Positions 19,288 to 29,710 are shown, numbered from the stretch's first letter. The stretch: DNA of 64,000 bases from Candidatus Hydrogenedentota bacterium (GCA_963745075.1 CAVUWV010000009.1:192001-256000); one strand, 5' to 3'. Translations and numbers: made by a program. Notes: generated by a model from the letters alone, not told the origin.

Positions 19288-19830
19288 ATGCCCTTGATTC
19301 GTAAGAAGCTCAGTGAAAGCGATGCTGCATTTTACTTCGTGCAGGCCACAATAACGGACGTTGACTCGCGCTGGACTGACGTATACAGCGAACTTCAAGA
19401 GGAGTGCGGCCCGGATTTTAAGGTGAAAGATGAGGAGCTTGCGAGATTCGACCTCACGTTGGCATTGATTGCACTTAACAAACGTGCCATAAAGAACCTC
19501 TTTCCTTCGGAGCAAGCACAGCGCCTAGAGGCATGGACCTTGGAGAGTCTAAACCTACTAAGATATCCGGACTATGCCCAAACGGAAATTGCGCTGTACA
19601 GTCAAGCGTGGGAAAAGGCCTTTGCGGGCGAAGACCCGCGAGACGTAATTGTGGCCATACCATCGCGTTTAGTTCGGAAATGGCTCGGCGAACGGATCCG
19701 TTTATTTGCCATGCCCACTGACGCTGGAGACATAGTGCGACCGTCTCTATTGCTCTTTATGACGGGTGCGCTAATGCAGTTCGTTGGCTATTGGCCATTC
19801 ATTAAGAAACACTACAGGTTGGTACCATAA
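19288..19830 (+). CDS. Hypothetical protein
   Basis: 180-aa ORF with AGGA RBS. Confidence 0.65.
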   Translation: MPLIRKKLSESDAAFYFVQATITDVDSRWTDVYSELQEECGPDFKVKDEELARFDLTLALIALNKRAIKNLFPSEQAQRLEAWTLESLNLLRYPDYAQTEIALYSQAWEKAFAGEDPRDVIVAIPSRLVRKWLGERIRLFAMPTDAGDIVRPSLLLFMTGALMQFVGYWPFIKKHYRLVP

Positions 19831-20033
19831 GCCAAGACATTTTGAGCTAGGTGACGAGATCTGCGTGATAGCGTGCAGACAGATCGAATATCCTTGGACG
19901 AGTTCATAGGCCAGATAGAAGAACTCTTCGGGACAGCGCTGACTGCTCGGGCAACCGAGGTGGCCATACACATGCGACAAGGGATTCATGGGTACTTGCG
20001 GCCATAGAGACATATTGGAGTACAGGAGGTGCG

Positions 20034-20838
20034 ATGCAGAGCGGACAATCTCATCTGCCGAGGAAAATTAGTAACAGGCAATCGGGTTTTCTATGGGGCC
20101 CATGCCCAAACGGTCGTAAGGTCGCTGTTTGGCATCAGCGCGATGGCAGAACCGGATTCCGCATATACTGGAATGGCATTTGGCGTAATTCGTTCGGTCA
20201 AATGGAATTGGATAGAGTTTTTGGCATAAGACCCAGGGTAAAGAAGACGGGATACTCAGAAAGGATATCCGTCTGAACCGGTAATTCAAGCGGTGTGGCG
20301 ATATTTGGCGAAAAGATACAATGAGGGAGATCCAAATGTCATATATAGCGAATCCCAACTAGACCTAACGGAAGATTTAACAAGAACATCATCCCGGCAT
20401 GCCCCTTCTGATGATGATGTCAACAGGGCTGTAAGGCTGGCAGCAAATTGGACAAGGCCGGGGGCAGGTGAGTCGGATGCTCACAAGGCTCTCAAGGAGG
20501 AGATCGCTAAGAATCCAGAGATCGTTGGTGCAACGGATGTATCGTTTGTTTCAATCGAACATCGATTCCCAAGCGGAGATAGGGCCGACTTATTGCTGGA
20601 GTCCAGTGGTTCTAGATGGGTAGTGGTTGAAGTGGAGCTAGAAGGACTGGTCGAGACAGTGACGGGCCTCTTTCAAGCTGTAAAATATCGCGCACTTCAA
20701 CAGGCCGTACTTTGTACTGAAGGACGTGACGGCTCCGTCTCAGCAATCTTGGCCGCGCGATCTATCCCGACGGAAGTCGAGAAGCTCGCTAGAATGTTGG
20801 ATGTGGTGACAGTATCGGTCAAAGACGAAAGTCGCTGA
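20034..20838 (+). CDS. PD-(D/E)xK-like (NucS/EndoMS C-terminal-like) nuclease; probable frameshift at ~20250
   Basis: IEHRFPSGDRADLLL...VVVEVE...GLFQAVKY; upstream 80-aa ORF with AGGAGG RBS overlaps the open downstream frame. Confidence 0.6.
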
Positions 20839-20994
20839 CGGGGAAAATATTGCACCGAAATCGTAGGGCATGCGAGCGAGAAGCGAAGGAACGGACCACC
20901 GCGAATTAGTAGTCATATTTCCTGGTGATGGAAGCGCGGTTGCGATAAATGACAGGCTAGCGGAGTCTTTTAGCGCGTTAGAAAGGAAGTCATC

Positions 20995-22392
20995 ATGAAA
21001 CGTCGTGAATTCATGCAACTCACTGGATTGACGGGGGCCATGTTCGCGCCTACCGTGGTTTCGTTTCCTGAGGCCTACGCCACCCCGGCCGCAGAGGCAT
21101 CCGGGCCGGACAGCGTCTTAGACGGCAACGGCCTGATCGCGGGGCGCACGATCGATGACCTCATCGCGCGGTATCGCTATGACTTGTTCGATGACTTTCT
21201 GCCGTTCATGGATGCGCATGTCATCGATCACGAGTTGGGCGGGTTCATGACGACGGCGGACCGGTCGGGCAAGACCGTCTCCACGGAGAAGCGGACGTGG
21301 TTCGAGGGACGGGGCATCTGGGTGTATTCCCACCTCTACCGCACGCTAGCGCCGGAGGACCGGTACCTGGAGGTCGCGCGGAAGTCGGTGGACTTCATGT
21401 TGCGCGCGCAAGCCGGCCGACGACGCGCCGTGGCCCAGTTCGATGACCCGCGAAGGCGAGGCGATGGAGGACCAGGGGGTGCTCATCGCGGGCAAACGGT
21501 ATCCCACCGGGGGCCAGGTGTACGACGACTTGTTCGTGGCCGAAGGTTTTACGGAGTACGCCCGCGCCACGGGCAAGCGCGAGTTTCACGATCAAGCCGT
21601 CGACATTCTCTTCCGCTGCGAGAAACGGTTTGACGACGAAAACTACGCGCCCACCGCGCCGCTCGTGTACATGGGCGAGATGGAAGCCCCGGTGTTGCCG
21701 GGGTGCCGTCTGTTGGGCGTGCAGATGCTGATGATCCGCGTGGCGACCCAGTTGCTTGAAGCGGAACACGACGACCGCGTGAAGGCCCTCGCCGACCGGT
21801 GCGTCGAAGACGATTCTGAAACGCCATTACGACGAGGAATTCGATCTTCTGCGTCGAAGTGCTCAACCATGACTACTCGAAACCGGACAACATCTACGCG
21901 CAATTGGCCTATACCGGTCACGGCATCGAGACCTTGTGGATGGTCATGGCCGAAGCGGTGCGGCGCAAGGACCGCGCCTTGTTCGACGACGCGGCCCGCC
22001 TGTTCCGTCGCACGCTCGACGTGGCGTGGGACGACGTATATCAGGGCTGGTACCGCGGCTGCCGCCATGTCGACGACAACATCTGGATCCTCGACAAGGC
22101 CCTATGGGTCCAGGAAGAGGCGCTGGTCGGCTTGACGCTGATCGTCGAACACACGGGCGCGGAATGGGCGAAGGAGTGGCTGCGCCGCGGCTACCCCTAT
22201 GTCATCGAACACTTCCCCCTCGCCCCGCACGGCTACGCGCTGTGGGACCTCTACCCCGACCGCAAAGTGACGTTCGTCGAAGACTTCGATCGCATCGGCA
22301 ACTTCCACCACCCCCGCCACCTCATGACGAATCTCCAAGCGCTCAACCGCATGCAAGAGCGCGGGGGGAAAGTGTCCGGAGTTTTCGGCTAG
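20995..22392 (+). CDS. AGE family (N-acylglucosamine 2-epimerase-like) protein with Tat signal; several indels
   Basis: KRREF; DHELGGF, WFEGRGIW, GHGIETLW, WVQEE, FHHPR spread over three ORFs. Confidence 0.8.
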
Positions 22393-22520
22393 GGCCAGAG
22401 CGAATCCCGATACCGCGCGTTTGTTCCTTTGTTGGTTTCGCCGCGCGGTGATACGCTAGGGTGTGCTGCGAATGCGTGGGAGAATTTGCTCTCGACTATT
22501 ACGGCCGACTGGGTGTTTCC

Positions 22521-22550
22521 GGCGGCGATTGCTGCCCTTGGTCGTTAGGC
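22521..22550 (+). other. attC-like 3' half ending in core site GTTAGGC
   Basis: ...GCTGCCCTTGGTCGTTAGGC matches GTTRRRY, 28 bp before the cupin ATG. Confidence 0.45.
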
Positions 22551-22578
22551 ATCTTGGGACAGGCGGGCGGAGACTGAC

Positions 22579-23175
22579 ATGAGACAATCCAATGAAGCAG
22601 CTTTGACGGTTGAACTCAGACACACGGGAGAGCGGCTCACGATCCGGCGTATCAAGGCCGACAACCGCGTTGAGGAGTTGCGTTTAGCCGGATCGCTGCC
22701 CGCGCATCGGCAAGGCCCGCCGCTCCATATTCACTTTGAAGAGGATGAGAGTGGAGTAGTGGTTTCAGGCACCCTGTCCGCGTTGGTTGACGGCAAGCTT
22801 CATGTGATTGAAGCCGGTGGATCCGGCCATTTTCCCAGAGGGAGCGTGCATCGGTGGTGGAATGACGGCGATGAAGAGTTGGTGATTCAAGGAGTCGTTA
22901 CACCGCCAATTGATTTGGACCGATACCTTCACGCCTTGTTTGAGGTGCTCAACGCCGGCCCGCCGGACCGGCCGCCAATATTCTACATTGCGCACGTCCT
23001 TTATCGACATCGGAAGACACAATTGGCGCTGGTCGTTCCGCGTGCGGTCCAACGGGTGCTCTTCCCAATCATTGTGATGTTGGGGACGGTGCTCGGCAAA
23101 TATCGAGGGACCGCGTGGCCGGGATGCCCGAGCCGTTGCACCGGCGCACCGGTAATCTCACCCGATGAAGCCTGA
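22579..23175 (+). CDS. Cupin domain protein (cassette-like)
   Basis: GPPLHIHFEEDE...PRGSVHRWWN cupin motifs. Confidence 0.85.
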   Translation: MRQSNEAALTVELRHTGERLTIRRIKADNRVEELRLAGSLPAHRQGPPLHIHFEEDESGVVVSGTLSALVDGKLHVIEAGGSGHFPRGSVHRWWNDGDEELVIQGVVTPPIDLDRYLHALFEVLNAGPPDRPPIFYIAHVLYRHRKTQLALVVPRAVQRVLFPIIVMLGTVLGKYRGTAWPGCPSRCTGAPVISPDEA

Positions 23176-23194
23176 CCATGCACTGCGGCGAACC
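23170..23194 (+). other. attC-like 5' half overlapping the cupin stop codon
   Basis: GCCTGAC-CATGC-ACTGCGGCGAACC; one mismatch from GCCTAAC (RYYYAAC). Confidence 0.4.
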
Positions 23195-23257
23195 ATCGTC
23201 CCGCACCCGTCCTCTCGCCGGGCAATCGTGCGAAACGGCGATTCTGCTCGTTTCTGG

Positions 23258-23300
23258 AAACACTGTGGCTTGGCGCAAAAACACTGTGGCTTGGCGCAAA
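23258..23300 (+). repeat. Perfect 21-bp tandem duplication
   Basis: AAACACTGTGGCTTGGCGCAA x2. Confidence 0.9.
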
Positions 23301-23323
23301 CATCATGGCGTCACGAAGTCTTC

Positions 23324-23553
23324 TTGGCCTGAAGGGCCAACATATACCCTTAGCCCCGGGTTGGCCGCAGCGAAGCAAGGCCTACCCGGGGTCCGCGGAC
23401 CTTCCCCGAATCGGTACCCTGAAGGGGTTTAATAATCATTGCTTCTATCAATCCCCTACGGGGAAACAGCAGTGGGTGGGAGCCTGGTGACCCCGGGCAG
23501 CGTCGCGTTGCGCCGCAACCCGGGGCTGTTCGTATGTAGTCCCTTCGGGACAT
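23324..23553. repeat. Multi-hairpin REP-like element family C (two inverted halves)
   Basis: GGCCTGAAGGGCC / AGCCCCGGG..CCCCGGG / ACCCTGAAGGGGT, then the inverted counterpart ending GTCCCTTCGGGAC. Confidence 0.75.
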
Positions 23554-23786
23554 TTCGGCGGCTTGGCGCCACCGCGTAAATGGTCCAACCTGACAGCGCA
23601 TTTGCAGCCTTGATCCCGACACCCGGCTCGCGTCATATCGGGTAGATTCAACACGTCAACGTCAAACGTCAACGGGTCCATGATGAAGAATCCACGGTTT
23701 GAGCGCGGTAGCCGTATGTCCCCTTGCCGGTTTTGCCTTGCCGTGATATTCTTGGGGTACGCGATAGTCATACGTCGGAGGCGGGC

Positions 23787-24899
23787 ATGCACGGAACAAC
23801 ACGACAACGGGCGGCGAGAAGTCTTTGGGGCGCCGTTCTGAGCCTTGTACTCCTCGTCGGGTGCGGCGAGGACGACTTCAGATTCCTCCGAAATAAGGCA
23901 GAGCAAGGTATCGCCGAATCTCAGTACACGCTCGGCTACATGTACGACACCGGTAAGGGTGTTCAGAAGGACGAGGAGGAAGCGCTCAAGTGGCTTCGTA
24001 AAGCGGCCGGCCAAGGTCACGCAGGCGCACAAACCTATCTCGGCGCGAAATACTTTGAGGGCAGAGGCGTTCCTCAGGATGACGCACGAGCCTTCGAATG
24101 GTTTCAGAAAGCCGCCGACCAGGGAGATCCTACGGGACAGTTTGACCTTGGCTTAATGTACGATCTGGGCAAGGGCGTCCCCGCGAGCGATTCTGAAGCT
24201 GCCAAGTGGTACCGCATGGCGGCGGAACAAGGACACGCACGCGCTCAATACCGCCTCGGCCTGAAATACAGGCATGGAGAGGGTGTACCACATGACAACG
24301 AAGAGGCCGTCAAGTGGTTTCGAAAAGCCGCCAACCAAGGTAATGCAGATGGCCAAATCGATCTTGGCATGTGTTACAAGTTCGGCGAGGGGGTGCCTGG
24401 GGACAAAGTGGAAGCGGTGAAATGGTATCGCGCGGCCGCGGATCAGGGTAATGCCGATGGCCAATGGCGGCTCGGCACGTGCTACGAATACGGCGAGGGG
24501 GTACCCGAAGACAAAGCCGAGGCGGTGAAGTGGTATCGCGCAGCTTCCAATCAGGGAAACGCTACAGGTCAATTCAGCCTCGGTATGTGTTACTACTTTG
24601 GATTCGGCGTGGCCGAGGACAAGGAAGAAGCGGCCAAGTGGCTGCGAACAAGCGCCAACCAAGGCGATTCAACGGCCCAATACCAGCTTGCGGCGATGTA
24701 CGCCAAGGGCGAAGGGGTGACCAAAGACCTCGTAAAAGCGTATATGTGGTTCGACTTGGCGGCTGAGCAGGGCGAAGACAAGGCGCCTGAGGGTATGGAA
24801 TCACTCTCTTTGCCAATGACCCCCAACCAAATCGCCGAAGCCAAAGCGAAGTCCGCCGAATGGCGGGCGAAGCACGACGAACAAGTAGCCAATGAGTAG
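23787..24899 (+). CDS. SEL1-like repeat lipoprotein (8 repeats)
   Basis: Lipobox LVGC; eight 36-aa xQxxLGxxYxxGxGVxxDxxxAxxW repeats. Confidence 0.92.
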   Translation: MHGTTRQRAARSLWGAVLSLVLLVGCGEDDFRFLRNKAEQGIAESQYTLGYMYDTGKGVQKDEEEALKWLRKAAGQGHAGAQTYLGAKYFEGRGVPQDDARAFEWFQKAADQGDPTGQFDLGLMYDLGKGVPASDSEAAKWYRMAAEQGHARAQYRLGLKYRHGEGVPHDNEEAVKWFRKAANQGNADGQIDLGMCYKFGEGVPGDKVEAVKWYRAAADQGNADGQWRLGTCYEYGEGVPEDKAEAVKWYRAASNQGNATGQFSLGMCYYFGFGVAEDKEEAAKWLRTSANQGDSTAQYQLAAMYAKGEGVTKDLVKAYMWFDLAAEQGEDKAPEGMESLSLPMTPNQIAEAKAKSAEWRAKHDEQVANE

Positions 24900-24953
24900 G
24901 TAGTAAAGCGTGTTATGCGGAACCGTCTTACCATTGTTTGGAAAACGAAGGCG

Positions 24954-25241
24954 ATGAAGAGGCTTTCTACCCTACAAGTCACGTCTCGCGGTTTTGACTA
25001 CGCGTGCCTTCAGTTCGCAATAGTCGTCGGCGCCGTCATGACGGTGTTCTTCGGATACTTCTCAATCCAGACAGGCGAGGGTTGGTTCGTGACTATCTTC
25101 TTTGCGTTCCTCACCGCAATCAATTTCCTCCATGCCCTTCGGATGCGAAGGAAGATGAAAAACTGCGAACATGCTGTTGAGGCGAAGCCGGTCGGAACGT
25201 CAGGGTCGAACGATGAAGGCCACTCCGATGCATCCGCCTGA
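24954..25241 (+). CDS. Small 2-TM hypothetical protein
   Basis: Two hydrophobic segments; start uncertain (24915 or 24954). Confidence 0.5.
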   Translation: MKRLSTLQVTSRGFDYACLQFAIVVGAVMTVFFGYFSIQTGEGWFVTIFFAFLTAINFLHALRMRRKMKNCEHAVEAKPVGTSGSNDEGHSDASA

Positions 25242-25245
25242 ACGT

Positions 25246-25821
25246 ATGCCGCGCCGGACGTTCTGCGCGACGCTCTGTGCCGCCGTGGGCGTGGTCCATT
25301 CAGGCTGCGGGGCGCGGACCGGGAGTCTCGCCGGTCAGATTCAATGGGTTGGCTGGACCGAGGATCACCGTGGTGAACTAACCCCGCTCGACCGGGTGTT
25401 CGGCGCCGCATTTCTCCTGTTGGAAAGAGAGTACAAATCACTCGGGTACGAAGGACCGCCAAAAACATATCCCATGACCCCGGAGGAAGCGCGGAATTGG
25501 CATCGCGACAAACGGTTGCCGACCGAATGGTGGTATCTATCAATCCCCTACGAGTGGTGGGGGCGGGGATCGGGAACGCAACCGACCGAAGTAACGCTGT
25601 CCCTCGAGGTCCCGGTTCATCTGTTGCGCGCGCACCTGGACAACGTCGGCCGGTTTGCGTTCAAGGATCTTCCCTTCGGCCGGCACACGCTATTCATCCG
25701 CTGGGGAAAAAGTGCCGACCCTCAAAACAACATCTCAGGTCCTTATGCGGTGATTATTGACAAGCCCGGACAGACCGAGCAGGTGTTCCCTGTGAACGCC
25801 TTTGACATGATTGACACCTAA
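25246..25821 (+). CDS. Hypothetical exported protein/lipoprotein
   Basis: PRRTF...HSGC signal-like N-terminus; start uncertain (25213 or 25246). Confidence 0.55.
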   Translation: MPRRTFCATLCAAVGVVHSGCGARTGSLAGQIQWVGWTEDHRGELTPLDRVFGAAFLLLEREYKSLGYEGPPKTYPMTPEEARNWHRDKRLPTEWWYLSIPYEWWGRGSGTQPTEVTLSLEVPVHLLRAHLDNVGRFAFKDLPFGRHTLFIRWGKSADPQNNISGPYAVIIDKPGQTEQVFPVNAFDMIDT

Positions 25822-25894
25822 CGGGCCGTTACCGGCGAAATTACGGCCCTCCAGGCTACCAAGTTACCGCACCCCGGTTGCGAAGCAACCCATA

Positions 25895-25949
25895 AAAGTC
25901 TTTTGGAGGAGTGCAGGGGGATTTTTTCCTCAGAAAAGGTCCCCCCGCA
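25895..25949. repeat. REP-like palindrome family B, copy 2
   Basis: AAAGTCT...GGGGGATTTTTTCCTCAGAAAAGGTCCCCCC aligns with 8820..8877. Confidence 0.65.
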
Positions 25950-25953
25950 TTCT

Positions 25954-28055
25954 TCACAACGCCTTAGCGTCAATCTTGTCGAATTCTTCCAGCGCCGCGC
26001 GGTGGTAGCAGTAGATGTGGCCGTCTTCCGCGCCGAGGAGGAGGTCCAGTTTACCGTCGCCGTTCCAGTCGAAGGCGTTGGGGGCGGTGGTGTGACCGGC
26101 CAGTTCGCGGCCCGGGAAATCGCCGCGCCACACGAACGTTTCGCCGCCCGTATTCTCGAACCATCCCGCGTTCTTCGTATTGCGGAGGAGATCCAGATCA
26201 CCGTCGCCGTCCCAGTCCACGAGGTGGATCTTTGCCCGGCCGCTCCTGCCGCCTTCGCCGTCGCATAGCCGCAACGGTTGTCCGTCCTCGCCCTTGAAGA
26301 TGCGCTGCCCCGGCTCGAACTTCGGACCGCCCAGCGACCGAAAGAGCGCGAGATACCCTTCGTAATCCACAAGCACGAGATCGTTGTTGCCGTCCTTATC
26401 CCAATCGATGATTTGGGGCCGGGTCCGCCATTCAACGACCAAGTCCGTGGGACCCGGCTTCCACCAGTTCCACGCCGGATACTTAGGAGCGTCCGGCCAC
26501 ATGACCTCGACCCGCTGCGGCGCCGTGATACCCCCGCGATTATCCGCGAACTCAAAATATTCGATGCGCCCGAGGATCGAGTTGTAGACGATGTCCGGTT
26601 TGCCGTCGCCCGTGATGTCGCCCAGGACCGGGACCGTGTAGCCCCACTTCTCCTCGGCCGGACCCTGCACGCTGCCGTTGTATCCCGCCATGATGCGGAA
26701 CGGCGTGTTCGCCATGGACAGGTTGCGGCCTTCGCGGTACTCGCTACCCGTCCACCGGAAGAATTCCACATACCCCGCCGTGTTGCCGCAATAGAGATTT
26801 CGCGTTTCGGGATCGATCCACGGCGTAACCAGTCCGCCCGATTTGATGGCCGGATTCACTTCCTTCAAGAACCGCTCATCGCTGAAGTAAGGCGCGCCCC
26901 GGGACATGCCGCGATTGAGGCAGACACTAACCCGGCCGTCTTCGGGGCCAATGAGCAGGTCCGGCAGCCCGTCCATGTTCCAGTCACACTCGATGGGCGC
27001 CATCATGCAGAGGTCGATGTGCAACTTGCCGTCTGATGTCATGACCGGACGCGGCGCCGCGAGACGGGGGATCGTCCGCGTCCCCACATTCTCGAAGTAC
27101 GTGAACTCGTCGCGAAACTCGCCGCAAATCAGATCGAGGTCGCCGTCCCCATCGAAGTCCGCGATACAGGGACAGGGCTGACCGTACACATCGATGGGCG
27201 TGTCGTCCGCTTCCAGGCGGACCCCTTCCGCGTACTTCGGGCGCGTCCGCCGTACCGATGTTCTTGTGAAAGTAGACAAATCCGTGCAGGGGCCCGTTCG
27301 TCCAGTTGCCCGTCCCATCGAAGGCCCGGTCCCAGCCGTATTCTCTCCCAATCGTTCGTCGACGCGATGATGTCAACGAGCCCGTCGCCGTCCCAGTCGG
27401 CCTGACGCGTGATGAAGTTGCGGAGCTTCTCCTTCGGTGGCTTGACCGGACTCTCCATCTTCTTGCTCATGCCGTTGGCGCGGATGTCGTCGTACCAGTC
27501 GTTACCCGCGAGCATGTCCAGCTTGCCGTCGCCGTTTACATCGCCCAGCACACCGAACCATACCCCCTCGCCAAGCCGTTCGCCCCGCTCGAACACGCCG
27601 CTACGATTTTGCAGATACACGTAGGTGCTGCTCTGCGGTTTGTCCGGGCAACTGTTGACGATGTCCCAATCGCCGTCCCCATCCCAGTCGACCGGCGATG
27701 GGTGCGACCACAATCCGTCACCGAGATCCGCTACCACGCTGCTTCGTCCGTAGTCCAGCATATCCTCCGCGCCGACGAACACCGGAGGCGTCTGCGGTCC
27801 TTCCGGATTCGGGATGATGCGGTAGACGTGGGGCTGGGTGCCGTCGTCGGCGCGGGTCCAGAAGACGTAGCGTTTATCGCGATGCTGTTGCACCTTGGCG
27901 GGCACCGCTTCGCTCGTGGCTTCGTCGAAGACCGACGCCGCAACCACGTCCGCACCGACTTCGAACCGCGCAGGAGGCCCCTGCCACGCATGCGAATACG
28001 CGGGCGCTTCCACCCGTATCTGGCCAACCATCATCAAGACTGCACAAATTACCAT
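25954..28055 (-). CDS. FG-GAP/VCBS repeat protein (two indels near 27345 and 27240)
   Basis: Many DWDGDGDxD repeats across three overlapping ORFs. Confidence 0.8.
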
Positions 28056-28198
28056 CTCGGGACTCCCGTAGTTGATTTCTGGAAGTTCCATCCTACCGCA
28101 TCGAAACGTTTCGTTTCTTCCCTTAGACTTGCATCGCGCGGGAGGGATACGCAGAATCAAGCGCCGACGCGGGGAGTAATTCAAGAGAGGATTAATGC

Positions 28199-28954
28199 AT
28201 GCGCTTGACGAGTACGGTTTTGACGGTTTTCATGGCGGCTGCATGCTTGGCCGGATGCGCCACGACTTCCGTGCGGGGCACGGCGAAGACGGCGCAACCG
28301 ACGGGCTTTCTCAACAAGACCATGAATGTGGACGGCGTCGAACGACGCTACGTCGTCTACGTCCCCCGGGAATACGACCCGGGCCGGAAGTGGCCGCTGA
28401 TCGTGTTTCTTCACGGCATGGGCGAACGCGGCGATGACGGGCTAATTCCATCGGAAGTCGGGATAGGGACCGCCATCCGCCGTCATGTGGATCGCTTTCC
28501 GTGCATCGTCGTTATGCCGCAGTGTCCCGGAGACAGGGATTGGACCGAAGCATTCGACCATATCGACACGGTCATCGCCGAGACGTTGCAGGCGTATTCG
28601 ATCGATCGCAGCCGGATCATGTTGACTGGCCTGTCCATGGGCGGGTTCGGTACCTGGGACTACGGTGCCCAACACGCGGAGTTCTTCGCCGCACTCATGC
28701 CCATCTGCGGCGGCGGCAACGTGGCCGACGCGCCCGCATTGGCCACGGTACCGATATGGGCCTTTCACGGCGGATCCGACAGCGTCGTGTCCCCTAAGGA
28801 ATCGCAAACCATGGTCGAGGCGGTGAAGAAAGCCGGCGGCGATATTCGCTTCACCGAATATCCCGGTGTCGATCACAATTCCTGGGACCGAGCCTACGGT
28901 GACGCGGAGGCAACCAAGTGGCTTCTTTCTCATACGAACGAGCGAAACCGGTAG
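28199..28954 (+). CDS. Alpha/beta hydrolase lipoprotein (predicted peptidase/carboxylesterase)
   Basis: Lipobox LAGC; FLHGMGE, GLSMGG, FHGGSD, HNSW. Confidence 0.88.
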   Translation: MRLTSTVLTVFMAAACLAGCATTSVRGTAKTAQPTGFLNKTMNVDGVERRYVVYVPREYDPGRKWPLIVFLHGMGERGDDGLIPSEVGIGTAIRRHVDRFPCIVVMPQCPGDRDWTEAFDHIDTVIAETLQAYSIDRSRIMLTGLSMGGFGTWDYGAQHAEFFAALMPICGGGNVADAPALATVPIWAFHGGSDSVVSPKESQTMVEAVKKAGGDIRFTEYPGVDHNSWDRAYGDAEATKWLLSHTNERNR

Positions 28955-28960
28955 AAATGA

Positions 28961-28999
28961 AAGAGCCACGAGTGCGCCTGGACGCGGCTCGTGGCTCTT
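28961..28999. terminator. Hairpin between convergent genes (likely bidirectional terminator)
   Basis: AAGAGCCACGAG...CTCGTGGCTCTT 12-bp stem. Confidence 0.7.
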
Positions 29000-29029
29000 G
29001 GTTATTCGTATCGGATGCCGGCGATCTGA

Positions 29030-29461
29030 TTACACGCCTTCGACGGTGAGGCTCGTAACGCGCCACTGCCCGTCTGCTTCTTTCGTCAACGTGAAGCCGA
29101 GGGTGGCACTGCCGAACGCAGCCATCAACTCAACCGGGTACACAGTTGCCGTCTTGCCGTCGATCTTGATTTCGGCTGCATCCAGCGAAACCTTCGCGCT
29201 ATCCAGCGTGCCGTCGTTAAACGCGCCGCTCAAGAAGCTGAGCATCTGTTCCTTGTTGCCGTACTCGTAGTGGTTAAACTCGTCGGACAGCGCCATTCCG
29301 ATCCGGTCGATGTCCTTGGTCTCCATCCCGACTTTCCAATTCTGGAGCGCGGCCGAGATGAGTTCCTCATCGGACGGACCCTTGGGACCCGTCGCGCAAC
29401 CCCCCATCAAAAACGCAGCGATACATGCAACACAAAGCGTCAAAATTGCCGATTTACGCAC
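29030..29461 (-). CDS. NTF2/SnoaL-like lipoprotein
   Basis: Lipobox MGGC; NTF2-like pattern ending KEADGQWRV. Confidence 0.7.
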   Translation of the reverse strand: MRKSAILTLCVACIAAFLMGGCATGPKGPSDEELISAALQNWKVGMETKDIDRIGMALSDEFNHYEYGNKEQMLSFLSGAFNDGTLDSAKVSLDAAEIKIDGKTATVYPVELMAAFGSATLGFTLTKEADGQWRVTSLTVEGV

Positions 29462-29609
29462 TATTGCACCCTCTCTTCCTCGTGTTTTCGATTCGCGAAC
29501 CCTCTACCATCCGCGCCAAAGCGGAAACGTCCCAATACTATACGCCCGATAGGGTTATCTTGCAAGAGAAATGCTTCGAGCAGGACAACGTCCCGTCAAA
29601 TAAGGGGTT

Positions 29610-29710
29610 CGGACCAATCGGTAGGTAAGCAACCGGAGGCGACCCTTTCAACCCGACGAAATGGGAGGGCGGACGTCGACAGGTGGTGGATTCGAGCCCC
29701 AGTGGTCCGT
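29610..29710 (+). ncRNA. tRNA-like structured element (non-canonical)
   Basis: 7-bp CGGACCA/TGGTCCG stem, D-like arm CGGT-AGGTAAGCA-ACCG, TTCGAGC loop at canonical distance from the 3' strand; oversized central arm; no CCA. Confidence 0.35.

Noticed and set aside
19873..20007. Short ORF VQTDRISLDEFIGQIEELFG...GYLRP*
   Set aside because: Looks like a gene remnant but has no RBS or recognisable family; cannot be supported.
16278..20990. Prophage or integrative element
   Set aside because: No integrase, structural genes or flanking direct repeats seen.
24912..24918. GTTATGC as an attC core site before the small membrane gene
   Set aside because: No matching GCATAAC or attC-like hairpin was found; probably chance.
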